From Anaerolineae bacterium (GTDB lineage: Bacteria > Chloroflexota > Anaerolineae > Fen-1058), in the NCBI GenBank assembly GCA_035292585.1, contig DATDPU010000148.1:4097-68096 (forward strand): a DNA stretch of 64,000 bases. The letters are read 5' to 3'. The translations under genes were made by a program, and so were the position numbers. The notes beneath the pieces were generated by a model, which saw only the letters and a program-made list of their open reading frames with translations, was not told the origin of the DNA and made no database searches. Positions 16,488 through 26,108 of the stretch are shown here, piece by piece (the first letter of the stretch is position 1; every line of letters begins with the position of its first letter).

Positions 16488-17336
16488 ATGAACTCAATCC
16501 TCAATGCCTTGACCATTGACGTCGAAGAGCATTTTCAGGTCCATGCCTTTGAGACGGTAGTTGAGCGATCTGCCTGGGATCACTTTCCCAGCCGGGTTGT
16601 CGCCAACACCCAGCGCATTCTGCGCCTGCTGGCAGAATATGAGGTGCGGGCTACCTTCTTTGTATTAGGCTGGGTGGCTGATCGCTATCCTGATCTCGTC
16701 AAGCAGATCGCTATAAGCGGTCATGAAATAGCCACCCATGGATATTGGCACGAACTTGTTTATCGCCAGACGCCGGATGAGTTCGCGGCTGACCTATGCC
16801 AATCGCTTGGGGCGATTGGGCGAGCATTTAACGGCCTACAACCGGCAGGCTATCGCGCCCCGTCTTTTTCAATTACCCACCAATCTTTGTGGGCTTTGGA
16901 TATCCTGCGTGATCACCGCATCCTGTATGACTCAAGCATCTTCCCACTGGCTGCTCACGATCGCTATGGCATAAAGGATGCCCATCGGTTCGCAAATAAA
17001 ACGTGGGGTGGTTTGTGGGAGTTTCCGGTCAGCACCATCCGGTTGGGCAAACAGAATTGGCCGGTGGCCGGCGGCGGCTATTTCCGACTTTTCCCGCTAT
17101 GGATCACGCGCCAGGCCATTCGCCAGCTGAATGCGCCAGGCCATCCAGCCGTCATCTACCTGCATCCCTGGGAATTTGACCCGGATCAGCCCCGCATACC
17201 CGATGCGCCTGTGCTCTCTCGTTTTCGTCACTACGTCAATATACACAAAACCGAAAGCCGACTACGGGCGCTGCTGAAGGAATTCAAGTTCGCGCCTATG
17301 TGTGAGGTTTTTGCCGGTAGTTTGGAGGTAGGGTGA
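16488..17336 (+). CDS. Polysaccharide deacetylase family protein with DUF3473-type C-terminus
   Basis: NodB-type blocks LTIDVEEHF, FFVLGWVADRYPDLV, GHEIATHGYWH, followed by GGGYFRLFP. Confidence 0.8.
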   Translation: MNSILNALTIDVEEHFQVHAFETVVERSAWDHFPSRVVANTQRILRLLAEYEVRATFFVLGWVADRYPDLVKQIAISGHEIATHGYWHELVYRQTPDEFAADLCQSLGAIGRAFNGLQPAGYRAPSFSITHQSLWALDILRDHRILYDSSIFPLAAHDRYGIKDAHRFANKTWGGLWEFPVSTIRLGKQNWPVAGGGYFRLFPLWITRQAIRQLNAPGHPAVIYLHPWEFDPDQPRIPDAPVLSRFRHYVNIHKTESRLRALLKEFKFAPMCEVFAGSLEVG

Positions 17337-17356
17337 TTAGGAGTTAGGCGCAGGGT

Positions 17357-19306
17357 CTAATGTTTAAACACGACGGGTAAATAAACGCCCCTATATTCAA
17401 AAGCGCCAATATCGGGAGCTAATCCATTATAGTCGTGGTTGATGCCCGGAATGACAACCCCGGCATCAATAAGAGAACTCGCAGGATTTAGCGTGTATCG
17501 CCCATTGGAGGGGCCGGCGAAATCGGGATTGACGTTGAGCCCATTAGGCTCCTGACCCGTTGCCGCGCTGAAAGCGGCCAGCGTGGCATAGTGGGTGACA
17601 TCCCACAGCACGAGATCATGGTTGTTTCCGCTCGACAAGTTGTCGTAGTCCAAATCAACCGGGTAGCTGACATCGCGATCGGCCACGGCGTATTTTACGC
17701 CAGACCAGATGTTATTGCGGGCGTAGATCGACGCCCAGCCACCGGACGAACCGCTATTCAATTCGATGCCGGAGGAATCCGGCCTGACCGCGACCGCAGT
17801 GTTGTGAAGGATATAGATTGGGCCAGACTGGTTGCTGCTAGCGCTGTTGAATTTGAAGGAGTCACCGATATTATCGGTGTTGCCTACGCCGAAATGATAG
17901 ATGAGATTCCGTATCGCATAAACCGGACCTTCGACGATCGGGGCGAAGGAGATACCGGTCAACACGTCGTGGAAGGTATTGTTCCACAAGCGGACGTTGC
18001 TACACCAGCCATCAACCTGAACGCCATCGTCACCCGTGTCGTAAACCAGGTTGCCGTAAACGTCTGTTTCGTTGGTCTGACTAATCGGTTCACCGGGACA
18101 GACATCGAAGCCGTCGAAAAAACCGTGGAAGATGTTGCGACGGATGACGTTACCTCTTCCACTGGTAGACCCGCCGAAATAGACGCCGCCTCGCTCAAGA
18201 TAGCTGGCCGCTTTAACGGCGTCCCAGGGCCAGTTGAAAATCGTATCGTAAAACTCATTATCCTGGATGACGTTACGCTGAGACACGTCTCTGATCGTGA
18301 GGCCCCCGTTGTTGATGGCAAACACGGAGCCCTGCACCAGGTTATTGCTGGCATTTTTGAAGTAGATTGCCCTGGCTTCGGTTCCCTGGCCATAGTGTCG
18401 AAAAGTCAGGTTGATGAAGTAGATATAGTCCCGTTCGACATCAAAGCCTCGATTGTATCGGGAGACGGCTATCACCGCGTTATTGGGGTTGGTGTCCCCG
18501 GCTAGATGAACATAGAGGGAATTTCCGTCGGCGTAAAAGCCGGGAATATTCCAACTCAAATTTTGAAGGGCGCCTAGATCATTGTAAGGATAGAGACGCG
18601 CGCCATTCGCTGTGACCAGGCGAATCCCCTGCAAATGGGTGGTTGTCGAGTAGATGCCACCGCCAGCGCCGGTCCAGCTACGGCGAGCCGGATCAGCGCC
18701 GTCCAGAATGGCCGCTTCATTGCCGTAACCACGGATCAAAATAGGCGCGCTTGGAGCGCCGGAGCGAGGTAAGGAGATCTCACCCTGATAGTAGACGCCG
18801 CCACGCAGCGCCACCTCATCGCCAGGCTGGGCGCGGCTAATCCCCTCGGCGAGTGAGCACGGCGCTAAGAGGCTACACGTTGCGCCGTTGCCGGTAGGAC
18901 TGACGATGAAGGTGTTGTGCGCTGAAGGGATATTGATTTCTGTACGGGTGGAGGCGGCAGCCTGCACGCTGATGTTATCTAAAGGATCGCCGTCGGGGTC
19001 ACTGAAGCTGACCCGGACGTCATAGGCGGTTCCCGGCTCTAGCCAGAAAAGACTACCGACGAAACGGGTGTTGCTGATACGGGACAGGGGGAAACCGACT
19101 CGGTACGGCTCGCTACCCTTGCGATATTCTACGGTAGCAACCGCATTTTCATTGGGATCATCCGTATCGGCTATCGAAGCCGTGATCCCCATAGCCTGAA
19201 AGGTGCCATAGAGTTCTAGCGATGCGCCTGCGCCGGAGAGGGGAAATGGCAAGACACAGTCACCCGTTAGAAGAACCAGAAATAGTAACACCCGTAAGTT
19301 TCTCAT
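17357..19306 (-). CDS. Secreted right-handed parallel beta-helix protein (pectate-lyase-fold)
   Basis: Signal peptide MRNLRVLLFLVLL, an FN3-like N-terminal domain, then many NN/ND-containing beta-helix rungs (RNNIWSG, RRNIFHG, LWNNTFH). I prefer the start at the second in-frame ATG. Confidence 0.7.
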   Translation of the reverse strand: MRNLRVLLFLVLLTGDCVLPFPLSGAGASLELYGTFQAMGITASIADTDDPNENAVATVEYRKGSEPYRVGFPLSRISNTRFVGSLFWLEPGTAYDVRVSFSDPDGDPLDNISVQAAASTRTEINIPSAHNTFIVSPTGNGATCSLLAPCSLAEGISRAQPGDEVALRGGVYYQGEISLPRSGAPSAPILIRGYGNEAAILDGADPARRSWTGAGGGIYSTTTHLQGIRLVTANGARLYPYNDLGALQNLSWNIPGFYADGNSLYVHLAGDTNPNNAVIAVSRYNRGFDVERDYIYFINLTFRHYGQGTEARAIYFKNASNNLVQGSVFAINNGGLTIRDVSQRNVIQDNEFYDTIFNWPWDAVKAASYLERGGVYFGGSTSGRGNVIRRNIFHGFFDGFDVCPGEPISQTNETDVYGNLVYDTGDDGVQVDGWCSNVRLWNNTFHDVLTGISFAPIVEGPVYAIRNLIYHFGVGNTDNIGDSFKFNSASSNQSGPIYILHNTAVAVRPDSSGIELNSGSSGGWASIYARNNIWSGVKYAVADRDVSYPVDLDYDNLSSGNNHDLVLWDVTHYATLAAFSAATGQEPNGLNVNPDFAGPSNGRYTLNPASSLIDAGVVIPGINHDYNGLAPDIGAFEYRGVYLPVVFKH

Positions 19307-19356
19307 CGTAGCCTCTTTGTTGATAGTCATTGATTATCAGTACATCACCAAACCCG

Positions 19357-19431
19357 TAGTTTAGCCCCCTGCTTGCGCCCCCTGGTGGGGTTGTGGGCGG
19401 CAAAAACGGGCACAAGGCCCTAGGCTACGGG
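19357..19431 (-). repeat. REP-B copy (full length)
   Basis: Its reverse complement aligns along the whole 29120-29190 copy, including the CGCAAGCAG insert. Confidence 0.75.
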
Positions 19432-19669
19432 ACGTTTCGTGAACTGCTGATTATTCGAGCTGGGGTCAAACTATCCATTACTATTTTACTCAATAACGAA
19501 AAGCTCTGTAATGATCTGGGGCGTGTCGTTCGGAGGAAAGTGAGACGCCCCGGCAACCGGCCGAAAGCGCAGCGTTGAGACGGTGAAGTGTACTCGTAGC
19601 AGCCATAGGAGTCGGCTGGGATGCCTAATGCGGGCCGCCGCGACTCATATCGATCGTCGGAGACCGGTC

Positions 19670-21838
19670 ATGCTAACTGTTCACCCGAATAGAAGACGCT
19701 TAGCCCCCACGCTGCTCCTTGTCGGGGTGCTCTTGCTTGGCGCATTCGAAACGAGTTCAACCGCTCCCGTGCACGTTGGTCTGAATGCGCCAATGGTTGT
19801 CAGTCTGAGCGCAGCGCAGAGTCGCGGCGCTATGGGCGGAATGCTTCGCGCCGTGCAGCATAACGAACCGTTGGGGCATTTCCACGGCGCTGCAGGAACG
19901 CAAGAGGATGCGATTTACCTCAGGGAGGTTCGGGCTATCGACACGAATGATCTCGGCCTGCTTAATCCGGCTGGTCTGGCCTTCTCCTTTGATGCCAACC
20001 TCTTCTTTATACTGGAAGCCCATTCGACGACTCAGGCCAACATCGCCACGATGACTCCCTTTGAGGAATTGGTCGCCTCGGACAGCGTCGCTGTCTCCAT
20101 GATCGACCCGATTAATTTGGCGTTTGATAACCTGTTCAATCGCCTGTTACTCTTTGATACCGCCGCCAGCGAACTGGTTGAGATCAAGACCGGGCCGGAT
20201 GGCCGGTTGGATACTTCGCCCGATGCTATCACCCGGCATCAGGTGGGGCGGCTTGGCCTGCAGGAGCCACGGGGCATGACGGTCGATCCAGCGAACGGAC
20301 ATCTGTTTATCCTGGATCAGGCTGCACGACAGATTGTCCGCATCGAGCCGGAACCTGACGGAACCTTCGACAAGGCTGTGATTTCCAGGGTGGACTTGAC
20401 GCCGACTGGCCTGGTTGATCCCCAGGGCCTGGCCTTAAACCCCAACAATGGTCATCTCTATCTCTTGAACACTGTTGACCAACGCATATACGAGCTGAAC
20501 GAGACCGGTCAGGTGGCGGCGATCCTCGGGCTTCCCCCTTTCGAGTTCGTTGGCGCTCGGGGCCTGGTCTTTGCCTTTAGCGGAGACGCGACGGATGATC
20601 CCTCGAGCATCGATTTTTATGTTGCCGACACCGGTCTGCGCGCCGGGCAAACAACGCCCGCGCCTGGTCGCATCATGGAATTGTCTCTACACATCGTCTA
20701 TGTGCCGGGCGATGCCCCAACCATCCAGGCAGGAATCGATCTGGCTAGTGAGGGTGACCTGGTTCTCGTCGCTCCCGGAATGTACCAGGAAAATATTCAG
20801 TTATTGGGCAAGACGATCACCTTAGCCTCTCAGTATCACACTACCCAAAATCCCAGCTTTATCGATCAAACCATTATTGACGGCGGTGGTAACACCGTGA
20901 TCACCGTCAAGTCATCGGTCGGGCCGGAAACCAAAATCATCGGCTTCACGATTCAACATGGCCAAGATGGCATCAGGTCGGCGGCCCAGCTGCACATCCT
21001 CAATAACCGCTTTACCGGCCATAGCGATGCGATTGATTACGGCGGCGGCGGCGGTTTCTGTCGCAATAATGTGTTCGAAAACAACAGCGATGACGCCATT
21101 GACCTGGATGGCCCGACTGAAGCGACCATCGAAGACAATCTTATCCGCAACAGCGGCGACGATGGCATTGAAGTTCGGCTGCATCCCTACCGCGGTCCCA
21201 CCCTGAATATCATCATCCGGCGTAATATCATCTCCGGTAGTGAGGAGGATGGCATTCAGCTCGTTGATTACGCGGACGAATCCGACCGTGTCTTTCTCAT
21301 CGAGCGCAACGTGATTAAGGACAGCGCCCAGGTTGGGCTGGGGCTTATGGATAATCAAGAAACCCGAGAAGACTTTCGGGGCGCCGGCATTCCTGAACGT
21401 GTCCACGTGTTCAATAACACTTTCATAGACAATGATCATGGCCTAACCGGCGGCGCCAATCTCATCGCCTTAAACAACATCTTCGTTGGCTCACCCCATA
21501 TTGCGCTAAAAAATGTAGCTGGGAACTCTATTGCCGCCTACAACCTGTTTTGGGCAAACGGCATCGATTATCAGAATTCAAACGTGGACCCTGCCCATAC
21601 GCGATTCGCGGGACCGCGTTTAGATACGAATTATCGGCTGTTGTCAGGCAGCCCGGCGATTGATGCGGGCATCGCTTTTCTGATGTGGAACTCAGAAATC
21701 GTGTTGAATCTTCAGCCCGGTGACTACTCTGGTTCAGGTCCAGATTTGGGTGCTTTTGAGACTGGTCAGCTCTTCGTGCCAATTATCTTGAAGCAAGAGA
21801 AGGGGGGATTCGATGTACGTCGCTACCTGGAGAAATAA
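19670..21838 (+). CDS. Secreted beta-propeller (SdiA-regulated/NHL-like) + parallel beta-helix (NosD-like) protein
   Basis: Signal-like LLLVGVLLLGAF after ATG 19670. Propeller blades (DPQGLALNPNNGHLYLL). C-terminal beta-helix repeats (NNRFTG, NNVFENN, IRRNIISG). Confidence 0.7.
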   Translation: MLTVHPNRRRLAPTLLLVGVLLLGAFETSSTAPVHVGLNAPMVVSLSAAQSRGAMGGMLRAVQHNEPLGHFHGAAGTQEDAIYLREVRAIDTNDLGLLNPAGLAFSFDANLFFILEAHSTTQANIATMTPFEELVASDSVAVSMIDPINLAFDNLFNRLLLFDTAASELVEIKTGPDGRLDTSPDAITRHQVGRLGLQEPRGMTVDPANGHLFILDQAARQIVRIEPEPDGTFDKAVISRVDLTPTGLVDPQGLALNPNNGHLYLLNTVDQRIYELNETGQVAAILGLPPFEFVGARGLVFAFSGDATDDPSSIDFYVADTGLRAGQTTPAPGRIMELSLHIVYVPGDAPTIQAGIDLASEGDLVLVAPGMYQENIQLLGKTITLASQYHTTQNPSFIDQTIIDGGGNTVITVKSSVGPETKIIGFTIQHGQDGIRSAAQLHILNNRFTGHSDAIDYGGGGGFCRNNVFENNSDDAIDLDGPTEATIEDNLIRNSGDDGIEVRLHPYRGPTLNIIIRRNIISGSEEDGIQLVDYADESDRVFLIERNVIKDSAQVGLGLMDNQETREDFRGAGIPERVHVFNNTFIDNDHGLTGGANLIALNNIFVGSPHIALKNVAGNSIAAYNLFWANGIDYQNSNVDPAHTRFAGPRLDTNYRLLSGSPAIDAGIAFLMWNSEIVLNLQPGDYSGSGPDLGAFETGQLFVPIILKQEKGGFDVRRYLEK

Positions 21839-24800
21839 TCTGTTAAGGTTAACGCTGATCCTAACGACGCTGGTCTTCTTTTCCTCGTTCGCCGGGAGCT
21901 CGATCACTTTGGCTCAAAGCCACCCTGCTTTCATTGGGGAGGCTCGGGTGCTGGAGGCGGATCAAACGGGCGTTCCCAATCCGGCTGGTCTGGCTTTCTC
22001 GCCCAGGGCGAATGCCTTCCACGTTATGGAGAGGCGGCGACGAGGCCAGCCCCCGCCGGCAGATGCGGACCTCTTCAAGTTGACGCCCTATGGGGATCGG
22101 GCCGGTTCGGCTCGGATCGCGGAGGCGATTCGGGACGCGATTAACGTGGCCTTTGATAGACGATTCAGTCGCTTGCTCATCATTCATCCCCTGGCCAACA
22201 GATTGGTTGAGGTCCGGGAGCGACCTAACGGTAATCTGGATCCAGGGACGCGAGTCCGCCATGATGCTCGGCGCTTTGGCTTGCAGGACCCGCAGGGCCT
22301 GACGGTCGATCCGGTGAGTGGGACTCTCTTCATTCTGGATACCATTGGACCACGACTGGTCCGGGTCGAGCCGGAAGCTGACGGAACCTTCGACATGGCG
22401 GTGATTTCTGTGGTGGACCTGGCGTCCACCGGCTTGGTTGATGTCCGTGGCCTCGCCTTAGACCCGACCACAGGCCATCTTCATCTCTTAAGCCCGGCTG
22501 CGCAAAAACTGTATGAACTGACCCAGACCGGTCAGGTGGTGGCAACGCGCGACTTATCTGAATTCGGATTCAAGGATCCACAGGGGATGGTGTTCGCCCC
22601 GAGTGGCGACCTGACTGACGCCCCTGCACAGATAAGTCTGTACGTTACCGATGGCGGCACTCCGGATGCCGCGCAAGGTCAGGGAGGCGGATTGCTCCAA
22701 AATGGACCGGCACGTGTCGATTCGATTGCGGCCGCAGCGCCGGCGCCTGGCAAAATTGTGGAGTTGACATTCACCGAAGCGGCGGCTCCTGCGGCAGCCA
22801 CCGCCGAGGGCACGTTGATACGGACGATCCTCACCTCCCAATTTTCTCCACCCAGCCCCGACCCCTCCGGGCTAGCCTATCTGCCCGGCAGTGGCACGCT
22901 GTTGATCGTCGATGGGGAAGTAGATGAGATGCCGCCGTACTTTGCCGGCGATAGTATGTGGGCAACGACATTGTCAGGCGCTATGCTCGATAGCCTGCCC
23001 ACGTCCTTCTCGGATGAACCGGTCGGAGCTGACGTCAATCCCGCGAATAGACATTTATTCATTAGTGATGATACCGGGCAACGCAGGGTTTATGAAGTGA
23101 ACCCGGGGTCTGACGTGCTGTATGCCACGTCGGATGATAGTGTCACTTCATTTTTAACCAGTGCTTTTGGGAGTATGGACCCGGAGGGGCTGGCTTACGA
23201 CACAAACACAGGCGCCCTCTTCGTCGTCGATGGCGTAAATAGGGAAGTTTACCGGGTCACTCCCGGAGCGAACGGTATCTTCGATGGTGTAGATGATCAG
23301 GTGAGCAATTTCGATACGTTGAGCTTGGGGTTGGACGACCCTGAGGGCGGCGCCTTTAACCCCGACACCGGCACTCTCTACGTTGTGGGTAAGCCCGCAA
23401 CTACCCTGTTCGAGCTGACGACCGGGGGCGCCCTGGTGCGGACGATTGATATTTCGGCGGCGGATGCCCGGAAGCCGGCCGGCCTGGCTTACGGCCCAAG
23501 CAGTGTGAATCCTGGGGAGATGAGCATCTACATCGCCGCTCGGGGGGTGGATAATGATAGCGATCCGAACGAAAATGACGGCGCAATGTATGAAATAGCG
23601 CTAGGCATAGCGGCCGGCACACCCGCCGCCACGCCGACAGCAGGCCCCACGAGTACGCCGACTAACACGCCCACGCCGACCAATACGCCGAGTTCGTCGG
23701 ACCTGATCTTCGCTGACGGCTTCGAGACCGGCAATCTGTCGGCCTGGTCGTCCAGCTCAACCGATGGCGGCAATCTCAGCGTGAGCGCTGCGGCGGCGCT
23801 GGTCGGCAGTTTCGGTCTACAGGCGGTCGTCAACGACAATAACCCCATCTTCGTCACCGATGACACCCCCGCCGCCGAGCCGCGCTACCGGGCGCGCTTC
23901 TACTTCGACCCGAACTCGATCCCGATGGCGGACGGCGATGCCCATTACATCTTCGTCGGCGCTTCGGGCGCGTCCTTCACCACTGTGCTGCGAGTTAATT
24001 TCCGCTTCTCCGGCGGCAACTATCAACTCAGGACCAACCACTTACTGGACGACGGCACGACCTTCATCAGCAGCAGTTGGTTTACCCTCAGTGATGCGTC
24101 CCACTTTATTGAGCTGGACTGGCGGGCGGCGACGGCAGCCGGCGCGAATGATGGGCGCCTGACACTGTGGATCGACGATGTTCAACAAGCCGACCTGACC
24201 GGGATAGACAACGACACCTGGCGGATAGACCGCGTCCGGCTGGGGGCGGTAACGGCAATAGACACCGGCACACGGGGAACCTACTACTTCGACGCTTTCG
24301 AGTCGCGGCAACAGACCTACATTGGACCGGCGTCGAGTGTCCCCCCAACGCCAACCAACACGCCGCTCCCAACGGCGACCAATACGCCGCTGCCAACGCC
24401 AACCAACACGCCACTGCCGACAGCGACCAATACGCCGCTGCCGACGTCGACCAACACGCCGCTCTCGACAGCGACTGATACACCGCTCCCAACGGCGACT
24501 GATACACCGCTGCCAACGTCGACCAACACGCCGCTCCCAACGGCGACTGATACACCGCTGCCGACGTCGACCAACACGCCGCTCTCGACAGCGACTGATA
24601 CACCGCTCCCAACAGCGACTGATACGCCGCTGCCAACGTCGACCAACACGCCGTTTCCGACATCGACCAACACGCCGCTCTCGACAGCGACTGATACACC
24701 GCTCCCGACGTCGACCAACACGCCGCTCTCGACGGCAACTGATACGCCGCTGCCAACGTCGACCAACACGCCACTTCCAACACCGAGCAACACGCCGCTC

Positions 24801-26108
24801 CCGACACAGACCAACACGCCGCTGCCGACGGCAACTAACACGCCGCTGCCAACCGCGACCAACACGCCGCTCTCGACGGCAACTGATACGCCGCTGCCAA
24901 CGTCGACCAACACGCCGCTCCCGACACCGACCAACACGCCGCTCCCGACACAGACCAACACGCCGACGAACACGCCTATGCCGACCAATACGCCGGTCAG
25001 CACCAGCGTCACCCTGGCGGCGGTCGCCGACGCGCGAGTGCTACAGGCGAACCCGACCACCAACTATGGCGCCCTCAGTAGACTCGATGTGGATAGCCCC
25101 GGCGAAGAAAGCTATATCCGCTTCACGGTGACCGGCGTGAACGGCGCGGTTCAGAACGCCACACTGCGACTGTTCGTCACCAATGGCTCGTCGAATGGTC
25201 CGTCGCTATACCTCACCGACAACAGTTGGACCGAAACCGGGATCACCTGGAACAATCGGCCGGCGCCCACCAGCGGGGCGATTGCCGACGTCGGTTCGAT
25301 TGCGGCCAATGGCTGGGCAGAGTACAACGTCACCGCGCAGGTCGCTGGCAATGGCACATACAGTTTCGTGTTGTTGCCCGATGGATCTGACGGTGTCAGG
25401 TTCGACTCCCGCGAAGGGAGTTCTCCGCCACAGCTCGTACTGACCTTCGCTGCCGGGCCGACGCCCACACCCACCAACACGTCGGTCCCACCGACCAGCA
25501 CGCCGACTAACACACCCACCAACACACCGACGCCAGGGCCTTCTCCGACGCCGACCAACACGCCCACGCCGACGAATACGCCGATCCCGCCGACTAACAC
25601 GTCCACGCCGACCAACACACCCACACCCACGAACACGCCCATTGTAACCAGCCTCACCCTGGCGGCGGTGGCCGACGCGCGCGTGCTCGACACGAACCCG
25701 ACCACAAATTACGGCGCCCTAAACCGGCTCGACGTTGAAACCCCCGGCCAACAAAGCTACCTCCGCTTCACCGTGACCGGCGTGCCAGGCGCGGTGCAGA
25801 GCGCCACGCTGCGGCTGTTCGTGACCAACGGCTCGACCAATGCGCCGGCCGTGCACGGTACCGACAACAGTTGGACTGAAACCGGGCTTACCTGGAATAA
25901 TCGGCCTGCCGCCACGACGGGCGTGGTTGCCAACCTCGGCTCGATTGCGGCCAGTACCTGGGCCGAGTATAACGTCACCGCCCAGGTCACCGGCAATGGC
26001 ACTTACAGTTTTGTGCTCTTGCCTGAAAGCACCAACGGCGTGACCTTCACCTCACGCGAAGGCACTGCTGCGTCTCGGCCCCAACTCGTGCTGACCTTCG
26101 CTCCTTAG
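21813..26108 (+). CDS. Giant secreted multidomain protein: paralogous beta-propellers, LamG/ConA-like domain, 25 x TNTPLPTA stalk, 2 x DNRLRE/CBM96-like
   Basis: Signal peptide LTLILTTLVFFSSFAGSSITLAQ. The N-terminus is paralogous to 19670-21838. The start overlaps the upstream gene by 26 nt. The two C-terminal DNRLRE units resemble those of 5096-7234 at nucleotide level. Confidence 0.8.
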   Translation: MYVATWRNNLLRLTLILTTLVFFSSFAGSSITLAQSHPAFIGEARVLEADQTGVPNPAGLAFSPRANAFHVMERRRRGQPPPADADLFKLTPYGDRAGSARIAEAIRDAINVAFDRRFSRLLIIHPLANRLVEVRERPNGNLDPGTRVRHDARRFGLQDPQGLTVDPVSGTLFILDTIGPRLVRVEPEADGTFDMAVISVVDLASTGLVDVRGLALDPTTGHLHLLSPAAQKLYELTQTGQVVATRDLSEFGFKDPQGMVFAPSGDLTDAPAQISLYVTDGGTPDAAQGQGGGLLQNGPARVDSIAAAAPAPGKIVELTFTEAAAPAAATAEGTLIRTILTSQFSPPSPDPSGLAYLPGSGTLLIVDGEVDEMPPYFAGDSMWATTLSGAMLDSLPTSFSDEPVGADVNPANRHLFISDDTGQRRVYEVNPGSDVLYATSDDSVTSFLTSAFGSMDPEGLAYDTNTGALFVVDGVNREVYRVTPGANGIFDGVDDQVSNFDTLSLGLDDPEGGAFNPDTGTLYVVGKPATTLFELTTGGALVRTIDISAADARKPAGLAYGPSSVNPGEMSIYIAARGVDNDSDPNENDGAMYEIALGIAAGTPAATPTAGPTSTPTNTPTPTNTPSSSDLIFADGFETGNLSAWSSSSTDGGNLSVSAAAALVGSFGLQAVVNDNNPIFVTDDTPAAEPRYRARFYFDPNSIPMADGDAHYIFVGASGASFTTVLRVNFRFSGGNYQLRTNHLLDDGTTFISSSWFTLSDASHFIELDWRAATAAGANDGRLTLWIDDVQQADLTGIDNDTWRIDRVRLGAVTAIDTGTRGTYYFDAFESRQQTYIGPASSVPPTPTNTPLPTATNTPLPTPTNTPLPTATNTPLPTSTNTPLSTATDTPLPTATDTPLPTSTNTPLPTATDTPLPTSTNTPLSTATDTPLPTATDTPLPTSTNTPFPTSTNTPLSTATDTPLPTSTNTPLSTATDTPLPTSTNTPLPTPSNTPLPTQTNTPLPTATNTPLPTATNTPLSTATDTPLPTSTNTPLPTPTNTPLPTQTNTPTNTPMPTNTPVSTSVTLAAVADARVLQANPTTNYGALSRLDVDSPGEESYIRFTVTGVNGAVQNATLRLFVTNGSSNGPSLYLTDNSWTETGITWNNRPAPTSGAIADVGSIAANGWAEYNVTAQVAGNGTYSFVLLPDGSDGVRFDSREGSSPPQLVLTFAAGPTPTPTNTSVPPTSTPTNTPTNTPTPGPSPTPTNTPTPTNTPIPPTNTSTPTNTPTPTNTPIVTSLTLAAVADARVLDTNPTTNYGALNRLDVETPGQQSYLRFTVTGVPGAVQSATLRLFVTNGSTNAPAVHGTDNSWTETGLTWNNRPAATTGVVANLGSIAASTWAEYNVTAQVTGNGTYSFVLLPESTNGVTFTSREGTAASRPQLVLTFAP
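24354..24953 (+). repeat. 25 tandem 24-bp repeats, in frame, encoding (T/S)(N/D)TP(L/F)(P/S)T(A/S/P/Q)
   Basis: Units counted directly from the translation PT-NTPLPTA-TNTPLPTP-...-TNTPLPTQ. A higher-order 48/72-bp periodicity is visible (TNTPLSTATDTPLPTS). Confidence 0.9.

Noticed and set aside
19583-19669. ORF-track start (GTG 19583) for the propeller/beta-helix protein.
   Set aside because: The signal-peptide-like hydrophobic segment follows ATG 19670. The upstream 29 codons are Arg/Ser/Cys-rich and lie in the divergent promoter region.
24106-25131. Long ORFs in other frames and on the opposite strand over the PT-repeat region (R/P/T/Q-rich 269 aa, G/V/S-rich 248 aa, A/C/W/S-rich 242 aa). 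The regular 24-bp periodicity could also be mistaken for a CRISPR-like array.
   Set aside because: They are frame shadows of the in-frame TNTPLPTA coding repeat. There are no unique spacers between units, the unit is too short for CRISPR, and the array sits inside a continuous 1431-codon ORF.
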